DNA of 64,000 nucleotides from an uncultured virus (IMG/VR IMGVR_UViG_3300002026_001292) (lineage: Duplodnaviria > Heunggongvirae > Uroviricota > Caudoviricetes). The notes below the pieces were generated by a model. The model saw only the letters and a list, made by a program, of their open reading frames with translations. It was not told the origin of the DNA and did not search any database. Made by a program: the position numbers and the translations under genes. The stretch is taken from IMG/VR virus record IMGVR_UViG_3300002026_001292. One strand, 5' to 3'. Shown piece by piece: positions 7,508 to 15,066 of this stretch. Position 1 is the stretch's first letter; the number at the start of each line of letters is the position of its first letter.

Positions 7508-8116
7508 ATGGAAACAAAAATAGAAAACTTTTTGATTTGTGGTATTGGAGCGGCAGGGGCAAATATCTTCATGAACTTGCTATATGCCTACCCTAATGCA
7601 ACTTTCACTGTCGTTGATTTTGATAAAGTTGAAGATAGAAATGTCAGCCCAGGAACTCAACCTTATACCAAAGCTGATATCAACAGACCAAAAACACAAG
7701 CTTTGCAAAGAATCGCTCAAATGTTAAAGCAAAAAAGAATTGATGCAGCGAATATAAAAATTGCATCGAAGTTAGATATAACAGATAGAGTTAAAGACCC
7801 AAAAACAACATTGATAATTGATGCTTTCGATAATGCTGAATCTAGGAATCTATTTTTAGAATTACCGAAGAAGTATAATGTATTGCATGTTGGATTTAGT
7901 GCCTTATTGAGTGGGGAAGCGGCTTGGAATGAGATTTATGAACCAATGACTAAATCAAAGTCTGATGGTGAGATTGACGTTTGCGAAATGTCTATAGCTC
8001 GCCCTTTCATTATGTCATTAACTGGTATGGCATCTATCGTTATTGCTAATTTCATTGAGAGTGGCAAGAAAATTAATATGTATTTTGATAAGCATTTGAA
8101 TGTTAAGAAGTTCTAA
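7508..8116 (+). CDS. ThiF/MoeB family E1-like adenylyltransferase
   Basis: GIGAAG nucleotide-binding loop, DFDKVEDRN, K, IIDAFDN, candidate catalytic Cys in DVCE; start moved to ATG 7508 after AAAGGA; own promoter 7452-7479. Confidence 0.9.
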   Translation: METKIENFLICGIGAAGANIFMNLLYAYPNATFTVVDFDKVEDRNVSPGTQPYTKADINRPKTQALQRIAQMLKQKRIDAANIKIASKLDITDRVKDPKTTLIIDAFDNAESRNLFLELPKKYNVLHVGFSALLSGEAAWNEIYEPMTKSKSDGEIDVCEMSIARPFIMSLTGMASIVIANFIESGKKINMYFDKHLNVKKF

Positions 8117-8129
8117 AGAAAGGATTAAT

Positions 8130-8546
8130 ATGCATTATGGATATTTAGAAGAAGGAGATAAGTGTCCAGAAAAAGATTGTAAAGGTAGATTGGAATATCC
8201 CCACCCCAAGAATTGTTCATGTCATATAAGTCCTCCGTGTCACGCATGTCCTTCTGTTGTTTTGACTTGTAATGAATGCGGATGGGAAGATAATTCTGAA
8301 GATGAAAAATATATTTCAACAGAATATGAAGGATTGTTTGAAAGAATAATTAAGCCACAACCATTGGATAATACAAAAGTTAGTTATAGATGTGAAGGAC
8401 ACACCAATTCTTCTATGATAAAGAAGGGTGTTTATCCTGAACATATGAGTATGGAAGATGTTCGAAAAGAGGTTGATGGAACATTTGGTGGAAGATTTGA
8501 GTACTTTAAAGATGGGAAGTTTAAATTTATAGCATACACTGATTGA
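8130..8546 (+). CDS. Cys-rich zinc-binding protein
   Basis: CP..C, CSCHISPPCHAC, CNECGW. Confidence 0.7.
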   Translation: MHYGYLEEGDKCPEKDCKGRLEYPHPKNCSCHISPPCHACPSVVLTCNECGWEDNSEDEKYISTEYEGLFERIIKPQPLDNTKVSYRCEGHTNSSMIKKGVYPEHMSMEDVRKEVDGTFGGRFEYFKDGKFKFIAYTD

Positions 8547-8817
8547 AAGGATAATTATGAAAATTAATACACAAGAATGGCTTGACGAAGGAGCTTCAAG
8601 ATTTTTAGGTAAAACGGTATTCTTTTTAGATCCCATTGGTTTGCCGTGTAAAGGCGTCGTATCTAATTATGATGCTAGCCAGTTGTTCGTCGGAAGGAAT
8701 CGCAGCTTGATTTACGGAAAATCTGAATTCTTTTTTTCAATAGAAGAATTGTGCCAGTGGATTAAAGATAATGTTAGAGAAGCATAATACACTGATTGAA
8801 AGGATAATTATGAAAAT
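8534..8817 (+). repeat. 31-bp exact direct repeat flanking a small gene
   Basis: ATACACTGATTGAAAGGATAATTATGAAAAT at 8534-8564 and 8787-8817. Confidence 0.9.
8557..8787 (+). CDS. hypothetical protein
   Basis: RBS and ATG inside the direct repeat. Confidence 0.6.
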   Translation: MKINTQEWLDEGASRFLGKTVFFLDPIGLPCKGVVSNYDASQLFVGRNRSLIYGKSEFFFSIEELCQWIKDNVREA

Positions 8818-9055
8818 GCGAAAAACAAAGAAATGGTTAAAATCTAAGTTTGAATTAATTATCGGTAATATTTTGAGAAAGTTTGGATATTACAAATGCG
8901 ACTATGGCTGTTCATGCGGCAGACATTGGATTTCAATAGACGGTAAAACTATTGCACAAACAAGCGGCGATGATGTTTGGTTAAGAGATGAGGACGTGCA
9001 TAAACTTGGATATATTTGTTTTGATCAGGGAAAACATTGGGATAAGCCAGATTGA
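8810..9055 (+). CDS. hypothetical protein (Cys-containing)
   Basis: Start reassigned to ATG after GAAAGGA. Confidence 0.55.
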   Translation: MKMRKTKKWLKSKFELIIGNILRKFGYYKCDYGCSCGRHWISIDGKTIAQTSGDDVWLRDEDVHKLGYICFDQGKHWDKPD

Positions 9056-9066
9056 AAGGTAAAATT

Positions 9067-9849
9067 ATGAGCGATTTAGATATAAGTTCTATAGAAACAT
9101 ATAATCGAAGAATGTCCACAAGTCTAATCGATAAGATATTTTTCTTAGATAAGGTCAATGTCAAAAACTTTTTAGATTTCGGATGTGCCAATGGAGAATT
9201 ACTATCTTTTATAGTTACTATTGTTGATGGTGACGTGCATCTAATGGGATATGACAAAGACCCTGAAATGATAAAACTAGCCAAAAACAGATTGGGTGGT
9301 ATAAAAGGAGTTACTTTAAGCGACTCATTGGAGAAATTCGAACAAGGCGACTTTAGCGAAACTTGTTTGGTTTTAAGTTCCGTACTGCATGAGATTTATC
9401 ATTATGGAACGCCAAAAGATATAGAAGATTTTTGGGAAATGGTTTGGAAGTCGAATTTCAAGAATATTGTCATTAGAGATACAATTCCCTCATCGACTAT
9501 TGAAAGGTTATCTCACGTAAATGATATCCGTTCAGTTATGACTCATGATTTATTACATAGAGGTCTGTTAAGAGACTTTGAGGATAATTTCGGCAGTATA
9601 GCGAGTAATAAGAACTTAATCCATTTATTGCTTAAATATCAATATATAGAGCCAAATTGGAAGCGAGAAGTCAAGGAGAACTATTTTCCTATATATTATG
9701 AGAATTTACTTAGGTTAATTCCGTCTAAATATGAAACTATATACAGCAATCATTATGTGTTGCCTTATTTTTATCGTCATATAAAGCATGAGTTCGGGAT
9801 AACAATAAAAGACAATACGCATTTGCAATTGATACTTGAAAGGACATAA
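9067..9849 (+). CDS. class I SAM-dependent methyltransferase
   Basis: FLDFGCANG motif I, GYD, SSVLHE. Confidence 0.85.
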   Translation: MSDLDISSIETYNRRMSTSLIDKIFFLDKVNVKNFLDFGCANGELLSFIVTIVDGDVHLMGYDKDPEMIKLAKNRLGGIKGVTLSDSLEKFEQGDFSETCLVLSSVLHEIYHYGTPKDIEDFWEMVWKSNFKNIVIRDTIPSSTIERLSHVNDIRSVMTHDLLHRGLLRDFEDNFGSIASNKNLIHLLLKYQYIEPNWKREVKENYFPIYYENLLRLIPSKYETIYSNHYVLPYFYRHIKHEFGITIKDNTHLQLILERT

Positions 9850-9870
9850 TTCCTATTCCAAAATTGTAAA

Positions 9871-9897
9871 AGGAATCTATTTGCCTTTTCACGAATT
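9871..9897 (+). promoter_or_regulatory. SigH-type promoter
   Basis: AGGA-N18-GAATT. Confidence 0.65.
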
Positions 9898-9934
9898 ATT
9901 AATCTGTTCGATTTTTAACTAAAATTGGGGATAG

Positions 9935-10705
9935 ATGAAAATAGTAAAAGCATCAAGTAATAAAATTATCAATATGTCATCTGCTAAAAATGAGCTGGAA
10001 ATGGGCGTTAAGGTAGAAAAAGAGCATAAAGATATTTATGACGATTTGAAAAAGAAATTCGGAGAAAAATTCCCATGGACATTAGACGAATTCTATAAAA
10101 AAATCGCTATGGCTCATTTAGATGAATTTAAAGACTACTATACAAAGCTTAAAAAAATGGAAGAGGAGGCTAATAAAAATATGAAAAATACAGCATCAGG
10201 TAAACAAACAATTAAACTTTCAAGACAACAATGGGAAAATATTGGTCAGAAAGCAGGATGGATGAAAACCGCACAATTTGGCAATGGAATGGAAACTGTT
10301 GAAATAGGTAGCACTCCTAATGATGAACCTTGTGCCCAAGTTGGATCTGATAACTATAGACAATTAGCACAAATGGAAATAAAAGCATTTGCAAAACAAT
10401 GCGAAAGGATGTTCCCGAATAAGCCGCAAGGAGCTAGATTCGTAGTAACCAATAATCCACACGATTTTGGTACTTATTATGAGCTAGGAGTAAAATTTAG
10501 AACGGACGATGAAGAATCTGAAAATTATGCTTATGAAGTTCAAAACGGTATGCCTTCTAATTGGGATGATCAAGCTAGAGCGGAGTTGGAACAGCAAGGG
10601 TATTTTCAACAGTTAAACGCTAACAGAAAGAAAGATGATTATGAAATACCAGGTTTTGAAGGTACGAATGACGCTCTCAATAATTTAGGAATACGGGGAA
10701 GATGA
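9935..10705 (+). CDS. multi-module phage protein (GxxVExEH...AxxHLxExxDYY domain + KxASG..W..IG.KAGW motif + C-terminal domain)
   Basis: Motifs visible in translation; function unknown. Confidence 0.65.
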   Translation: MKIVKASSNKIINMSSAKNELEMGVKVEKEHKDIYDDLKKKFGEKFPWTLDEFYKKIAMAHLDEFKDYYTKLKKMEEEANKNMKNTASGKQTIKLSRQQWENIGQKAGWMKTAQFGNGMETVEIGSTPNDEPCAQVGSDNYRQLAQMEIKAFAKQCERMFPNKPQGARFVVTNNPHDFGTYYELGVKFRTDDEESENYAYEVQNGMPSNWDDQARAELEQQGYFQQLNANRKKDDYEIPGFEGTNDALNNLGIRGR

Positions 10706-10800
10706 AAATAGTAAAAACAGCTAGCGGAAAGCAAAATATAAGATTAAGTAGAAGCGAATGGAAATCTATTGGAGATAAAGCTGGTTGGAAAAATTATTAA
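10702..10800 (+). CDS. 32-aa peptide MKIVKTASGKQNIRLSRSEWKSIGDKAGWKNY (not in ORF track)
   Basis: ATGA-coupled to the upstream gene; near-copy of its internal motif. Confidence 0.65.
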   Translation: MKIVKTASGKQNIRLSRSEWKSIGDKAGWKNY

Positions 10801-10809
10801 AAATAATTC

Positions 10810-10837
10810 TTGATTTTATAGAGGGATTATGTATAAT
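10810..10837 (+). promoter_or_regulatory. sigma70-type promoter for the attenuated tRNA operon
   Basis: TTGATT-N16-TATAAT. Confidence 0.75.
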
Positions 10838-10882
10838 GATTAAGAACATTAAATAGATTTGGATTTGGAAAGGAATAAAATT

Positions 10883-10960
10883 ATGTACTATAAAACAAAA
10901 ACAGTAAAAACCGTTAAGGTAGTCAAAACGACTGCTACGGGCTTATTCTGTTTTGTTTAA
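10883..10960 (+). CDS. attenuator leader peptide MYYKTKTVKTVKVVKTTATGLFCFV (not in ORF track)
   Basis: GAAAGGA RBS; residues 2-17 are exclusively Y/K/T/V; overlaps the antiterminator arm. Confidence 0.8.
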   Translation: MYYKTKTVKTVKVVKTTATGLFCFV

Positions 10961-11014
10961 GTACAAAATAGATTTTTAAAAGCCCGTAGTTAAAATTTAA
11001 CTACGGGCTTTTTT
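10935..11014 (+). terminator. attenuator: terminator 10978-11014 with competing antiterminator arm 10935-10944
   Basis: AAAAGCCCGTAGTTAA/TTAACTACGGGCTTTTTT; CTACGGGCTT also present inside the leader ORF. Confidence 0.85.
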
Positions 11015-11026
11015 GTTGGAGAAAAT

Positions 11027-11104
11027 GGGCGATTGGCTCAGCGGCAACAGCGCTTGCTTTACACGCAAGTATTATCGGGGGTTCGAGTCCCTCATCGCCC
11101 ACCA
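11027..11104 (+). tRNA. tRNA-Val(TAC)
   Basis: GGGCGAT/ATCGCCC, CTTGC-TTTACAC-GCAAG, TTCGAGT, ACCA. Confidence 0.93.
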
Positions 11105-11129
11105 ATTTTAGAAAGAAAAAGGAGTCGTA

Positions 11130-11312
11130 ATGGAAAAATTAAATATAGATACTAAGATACATGAAGCTTTAGGAATGACTATAATAACGAAAGAAGATGT
11201 CCGTGGTAGAAGATTGCCACCAGCCGTAGAAATATGGCCGAAAGAAGATTCATTTAATCCATCGGGAATCTCTTTGGAAGAAGCTGAAGAAGCAATGAGG
11301 AAAATGTTATGA
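11130..11312 (+). CDS. small hypothetical protein
   Basis: AAGGAG RBS; coupled to next gene. Confidence 0.55.
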   Translation: MEKLNIDTKIHEALGMTIITKEDVRGRRLPPAVEIWPKEDSFNPSGISLEEAEEAMRKML

Positions 11313-12001
11313 AAAGACCATTGGTAGTAGGATATAAGGGCGAAATAGGATCATTTATATTGAATGGACTATTGAGAATAATGCCTAAAGCTCTAGACAT
11401 ATGGTGCATTGATATAAATGAGACTAAGGAAGAAGTAGAACACCGTATAAAGATGTCTGATGTTATATTCCTATGTGTCCCTTTGCAAATGACAGCGGAT
11501 TGGTTAGTAGAGCACAAAGACTTACTAAGGGATAAGATGGTAATTGAGCAAGGTTCTTTGAAAGAATGGATATATGAGGACAAAAGGCTAGAAGGATTAA
11601 ATCTAGTGTCTATGCATATATTGTTTAGACCATCTCAAACGCCAAATCTTGAAGATAGAAAAGTTGGATTTTTGGAAGGACAGTTTGATGATAATTTAGT
11701 CAAAGATATTGCTAGCATAACGCAGTCTCAAGTGGTATGGTATGACAGTTTGCAAGAACATGATATGGAAATGGCAATTCAGCAGGCTTTAACGCATAGG
11801 ATGTTATTGGTTTTAGGAGATAAATTAAAGAAGTGTAATGGGTCAACATATATTGGGAAAAAGGTTATTGAACTTTCAGATAGGATAAGGAAGGGTGATC
11901 TGAAACTATATAGGTCGATTCAGAGTAATAAGTATTTAAACAAACATTTAGAGGAAACAGAAAAACAATTAATGGATTTTGATATTGATAACTATTTTTA
12001 G
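11309..12001 (+). CDS. prephenate dehydrogenase (TyrA)-like protein
   Basis: GxxGxIG Rossmann, DVIFLCVP, GSLK, HILFRP (cf. HPMFGP), EHDxxMAxxQALTH. Confidence 0.8.
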   Translation: MKRPLVVGYKGEIGSFILNGLLRIMPKALDIWCIDINETKEEVEHRIKMSDVIFLCVPLQMTADWLVEHKDLLRDKMVIEQGSLKEWIYEDKRLEGLNLVSMHILFRPSQTPNLEDRKVGFLEGQFDDNLVKDIASITQSQVVWYDSLQEHDMEMAIQQALTHRMLLVLGDKLKKCNGSTYIGKKVIELSDRIRKGDLKLYRSIQSNKYLNKHLEETEKQLMDFDIDNYF

Positions 12002-12009
12002 GATTTAAC

Positions 12010-12083
12010 GCCGGTATGGCAGAAGGGTTATGCATCTTACTTGTAATAAGAACTATGGGGTTTCGATACCTCTGCCGGCTCCA
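12010..12083 (+). tRNA. tRNA-Thr(TGT), atypical T arm
   Basis: GCCGGTA/TGCCGGC, TCTTA-CTTGTAA-TAAGA, TCCA end; T loop appears 6 nt. Confidence 0.82.
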
Positions 12084-12098
12084 TTTTTAGAGAATAAC

Positions 12099-12272
12099 AT
12101 GAATATAAAAAACGATATAGATCTTGATACTGCACTTGAACATATAAATGACAATTGGTATCTATTGGATGTAACCGATGATGCCGATTCTGAATTAGTT
12201 ACTAAACGTGACAATCTTCTTAAATTGATTTATGATGTTGAAGAGTACGAGAAGAAATATGTTTTTGATTAA
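12099..12272 (+). CDS. small acidic hypothetical protein
   Basis: Start moved downstream of tRNA-Thr. Confidence 0.5.
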   Translation: MNIKNDIDLDTALEHINDNWYLLDVTDDADSELVTKRDNLLKLIYDVEEYEKKYVFD

Positions 12273-12292
12273 TGTAAAAGACATAAGTGTAT

Positions 12293-12367
12293 GGGTTGCA
12301 AGCTTTTATGGAGAAGCAACAGACTTTTAATCTGTGGATCGGAGTTCAAGTCTCCGGCGACCTACCA
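12293..12367 (+). tRNA. tRNA-Lys(TTT)
   Basis: GGGTTGC/GCGACCT, ACAGA-CTTTTAA-TCTGT, CGGAG-TTCAAGT-CTCCG, ACCA. Confidence 0.9.
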
Positions 12368-12438
12368 TCTTTTTTATCTTGATTTTTTATCCCCTTAATG
12401 TATAATGTAACATCGATTAGAATAATAGAAAGGAAATT

Positions 12439-13218
12439 ATGAAATTGAAGTTTTTAGGAGTTGGTGGGGCTTTTTGCGATTCAAATCAGTATCAGTCTAA
12501 TTGTGCAATTGAGATAGATGATAAATTGTTTTTAATTGATTGCGGGTCAGACATTCGATTCTCTTTGAAAGAAAAATATCCTCATATCAATAATGGCAAT
12601 ATATCCGATTATGTGAAGTGGGTTTATATTTCTCATTTGCATGGGGATCATTGTCATGGATTGGAATGGTTAGGATATTGTACTTACTTTAATGCATCAG
12701 CCAGTAAGCCTATTTTAATTGGAGATAGTAATGTCATTCATTCGTTATGGGATTATACACTGAAAGGCACAATGGGCGATGTAAAAGGCAAAGAGTTAAA
12801 TTTAAATGATTTCTTCCAAGTTGTTCAAGATATTTCTAGTGATTGTGAATTTAAAGTAAATGCAAATATTTCATTTACACCAGTTGAATCCCCTCATGTT
12901 GATCCTTATAAAAAATCATATGGGCTATTTATTGAGACCGAAAAGAGAAAAACATATTATACTTCAGATGTTAATGACGATAATATGGTTGTCAATAAAA
13001 AATATTATGAAGCTGCCGATATTATATTTCATGATTGTGAAACATATGCTTTTCATTCTGGTGTACATGCTCATTATGAATCGCTTAAGAATTTACCATA
13101 TGAGATAAAGAGGAAAATTTGGTTGTATCATTATAGTGGTGATGCATTTGATAAATACGATCCAGTTTTTGATGGTTTTAGCGGATTTTGCAAAAAAGGA
13201 TATGGGTTTGAAATATGA
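12439..13218 (+). CDS. MBL-fold metallo-hydrolase (Apyc1-like/RNase Z-like phosphodiesterase)
   Basis: LGVGGAF, LIDCGSD, SHLHGDH, HDC, VHA, LYHY; own promoter 12379-12406. Confidence 0.85.
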   Translation: MKLKFLGVGGAFCDSNQYQSNCAIEIDDKLFLIDCGSDIRFSLKEKYPHINNGNISDYVKWVYISHLHGDHCHGLEWLGYCTYFNASASKPILIGDSNVIHSLWDYTLKGTMGDVKGKELNLNDFFQVVQDISSDCEFKVNANISFTPVESPHVDPYKKSYGLFIETEKRKTYYTSDVNDDNMVVNKKYYEAADIIFHDCETYAFHSGVHAHYESLKNLPYEIKRKIWLYHYSGDAFDKYDPVFDGFSGFCKKGYGFEI

Positions 13219-13556
13219 AAACATTATGGGAAGATAAATATGAAGTGTCGTGGTGTGGACTTTGCGAGGTTGCTTCAATAGTTTGTCCTGTTTGTAAAGC
13301 GAGTTCTTGCAATGGCACATCTTGTCCAGTTTGCCATGAGGATTTTATGAGATTTCATGCATTAATTAGTTGTTGTGTAGAAGATTATTGCTCACAAGAA
13401 GAAATGGATGCCTATAACAAAGTAAAAAGAATTCAACGACTAATTGTCAGTTCAATCCAAATGGGAGACAATAAAATAGATTGGGAGCGTATGGAAGAGC
13501 AAGGGAATCTTTGTGAACATGACCGTAAAATCTTCAATCTAAAAGAAAAGGAATAA
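13215..13556 (+). CDS. Cys-rich zinc-finger protein
   Basis: CxxC x3 plus SSCNG. Confidence 0.6.
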   Translation: MKTLWEDKYEVSWCGLCEVASIVCPVCKASSCNGTSCPVCHEDFMRFHALISCCVEDYCSQEEMDAYNKVKRIQRLIVSSIQMGDNKIDWERMEEQGNLCEHDRKIFNLKEKE

Positions 13557-13562
13557 GTAGTT

Positions 13563-13811
13563 ATGGATACAATCAATAATGAATCTCTGTCTACCAATTC
13601 TTCTTTAGCGTTTGTCGAAACAGTTACAGATACATTTTGTGGACATGTTATCTCAAGTACGGTTCGACCTGCTACTGAGAGTGACATCGATATTGCGAAG
13701 GAACTATATTATCAAGGGAAGTGTCCACACAATATAGTTATGGATGAGCGAGGATGGATGTATGACTTCAGGAGTTGTTTTATTTGCGGTAAGGGACTTG
13801 GAACGGTATGA
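13563..13811 (+). CDS. small Zn-ribbon protein
   Basis: CPH...CFICG. Confidence 0.55.
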   Translation: MDTINNESLSTNSSLAFVETVTDTFCGHVISSTVRPATESDIDIAKELYYQGKCPHNIVMDERGWMYDFRSCFICGKGLGTV

Positions 13812-13826
13812 AAGGAGTAAATAATT

Positions 13827-14129
13827 ATGGCATCATTTGAAGAACATTGCAACGATTGCGAAAAACAACTTGGTGACAGATTTGAACAAGTTAATAGATG
13901 GCTTGACGAGTTATTCCAATACGTAGGAAGCGATCACAGGGATATCCGTCATAACGAATTGGGGGTTCAAAAGGTAAAGAGAATGTGGGGCGATGAAGCG
14001 TCAAAAGCTGCGATTATTCATATAACTAAAGATGAAGGATGCATACCTAAAGTTGATTTATCTTTTAAACTGAGAATGGCTATGAAACCAGAAATTGATT
14101 TTGCTTTTAGAAAAGAATATGAGGAGTAA
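13827..14129 (+). CDS. His-rich conserved phage protein (HR..RH...HI..D)
   Basis: H, WLD, HRxxRH, HIxxD motifs. Confidence 0.55.
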   Translation: MASFEEHCNDCEKQLGDRFEQVNRWLDELFQYVGSDHRDIRHNELGVQKVKRMWGDEASKAAIIHITKDEGCIPKVDLSFKLRMAMKPEIDFAFRKEYEE

Positions 14130-14131
14130 GC

Positions 14132-14473
14132 GTGAAAAACAAAACAATTAACGATCATATGAAATGGGCGAAGGATAATGGATTTTGTGAACAATGCATT
14201 CATCCATGGTTTGACGGTATATGCAGTTGCGGCAATTATGAAAAGCATGCCGAGAGAATGGACTCAATCACTATGTTGGCGTTAGAAGATGATTGGGATT
14301 TGAATAGCGAAAAATCAGAAAAGAAACGCCGTAAAATTGAAAAAGAACTGCAAAAACGTGCAAAAAGAATAAACAAACAAACCGTGGACAACCCTGTGTG
14401 GATGAATAAACTTAAAGATTATGTAATGGAAAAAATGATGATGCATTTTGAAAATGATATGTCAAAGGAGTGA
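14132..14473 (+). CDS. hypothetical protein with shared TVDNPVWMNKLK tail
   Basis: CxxCxH..CSC; C-terminus paralogous to the next gene. Confidence 0.6.
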   Translation: MKNKTINDHMKWAKDNGFCEQCIHPWFDGICSCGNYEKHAERMDSITMLALEDDWDLNSEKSEKKRRKIEKELQKRAKRINKQTVDNPVWMNKLKDYVMEKMMMHFENDMSKE

Positions 14474-14634
14474 GTGGTTATGGGAAAAACTAACAATGGG
14501 TATCCGTCTGAAAAAGAATGGGAAGATGCTGAAAAAGAATGGGATAAGGAAGATGCTGAAGTTGAAAAAATAAACATAAAGCGTATGGCAAAAATGAAAA
14601 AGAAAACCGTGGACAACCCTGTGTGGATGAATAA
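14379..14634 (+). repeat. 31-bp exact direct repeat within adjacent ORFs
   Basis: AAACCGTGGACAACCCTGTGTGGATGAATAA at 14379-14409 and 14604-14634. Confidence 0.9.
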
Positions 14635-14707
14635 GCTTAAAAAGCATGTAATGGACAAAATGATGATACATCTTGAGAACAATAACGAAAAGGAGAAAAT
14701 AAAATGA
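14474..14707 (+). CDS. hypothetical protein with shared TVDNPVWMNKLK tail
   Basis: Paralogous C-terminus. Confidence 0.55.
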   Translation: MVMGKTNNGYPSEKEWEDAEKEWDKEDAEVEKINIKRMAKMKKKTVDNPVWMNKLKKHVMDKMMIHLENNNEKEKIK

Positions 14708-15054
14708 ATAGTGCAGACATAATATCGTGGGCAGAAGGTTTGTGGAATGTAAATAGTAAAATACAACAGTTAAACATAGTGCGGTTGCGACCCGACAATT
14801 ACGTAAACTTTAATAAGGGAATTTATAATTCGGCATTCGTATTCAGCAAGCGAGACAAAAAGCTTTATTCATTTGTAGAGGGTGAGTATTTGTCGTCTAA
14901 TTCATTTAAGGTTGACGAAATGAACCAAGATGATTTAATATACATTGGAGATTTCATTAAAACACATAATGGCGGTAATGCAGTGTTTTCTAATATGGTC
15001 GTCTTTTTTAGAGACGGTGAAATGGGTCTGTTTTTAATAGAGCAAAGAAAGTGA
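14704..15054 (+). CDS. hypothetical protein
   Basis: AAGGAG RBS. Confidence 0.55.
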   Translation: MNSADIISWAEGLWNVNSKIQQLNIVRLRPDNYVNFNKGIYNSAFVFSKRDKKLYSFVEGEYLSSNSFKVDEMNQDDLIYIGDFIKTHNGGNAVFSNMVVFFRDGEMGLFLIEQRK

Positions 15055-15066
15055 AGGACATTAAAA

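Noticed and set aside
12030..12098. N-terminal part of ORF 12030-12272
   Set aside because: Overlaps tRNA-Thr; ATG at 12099 is more plausible
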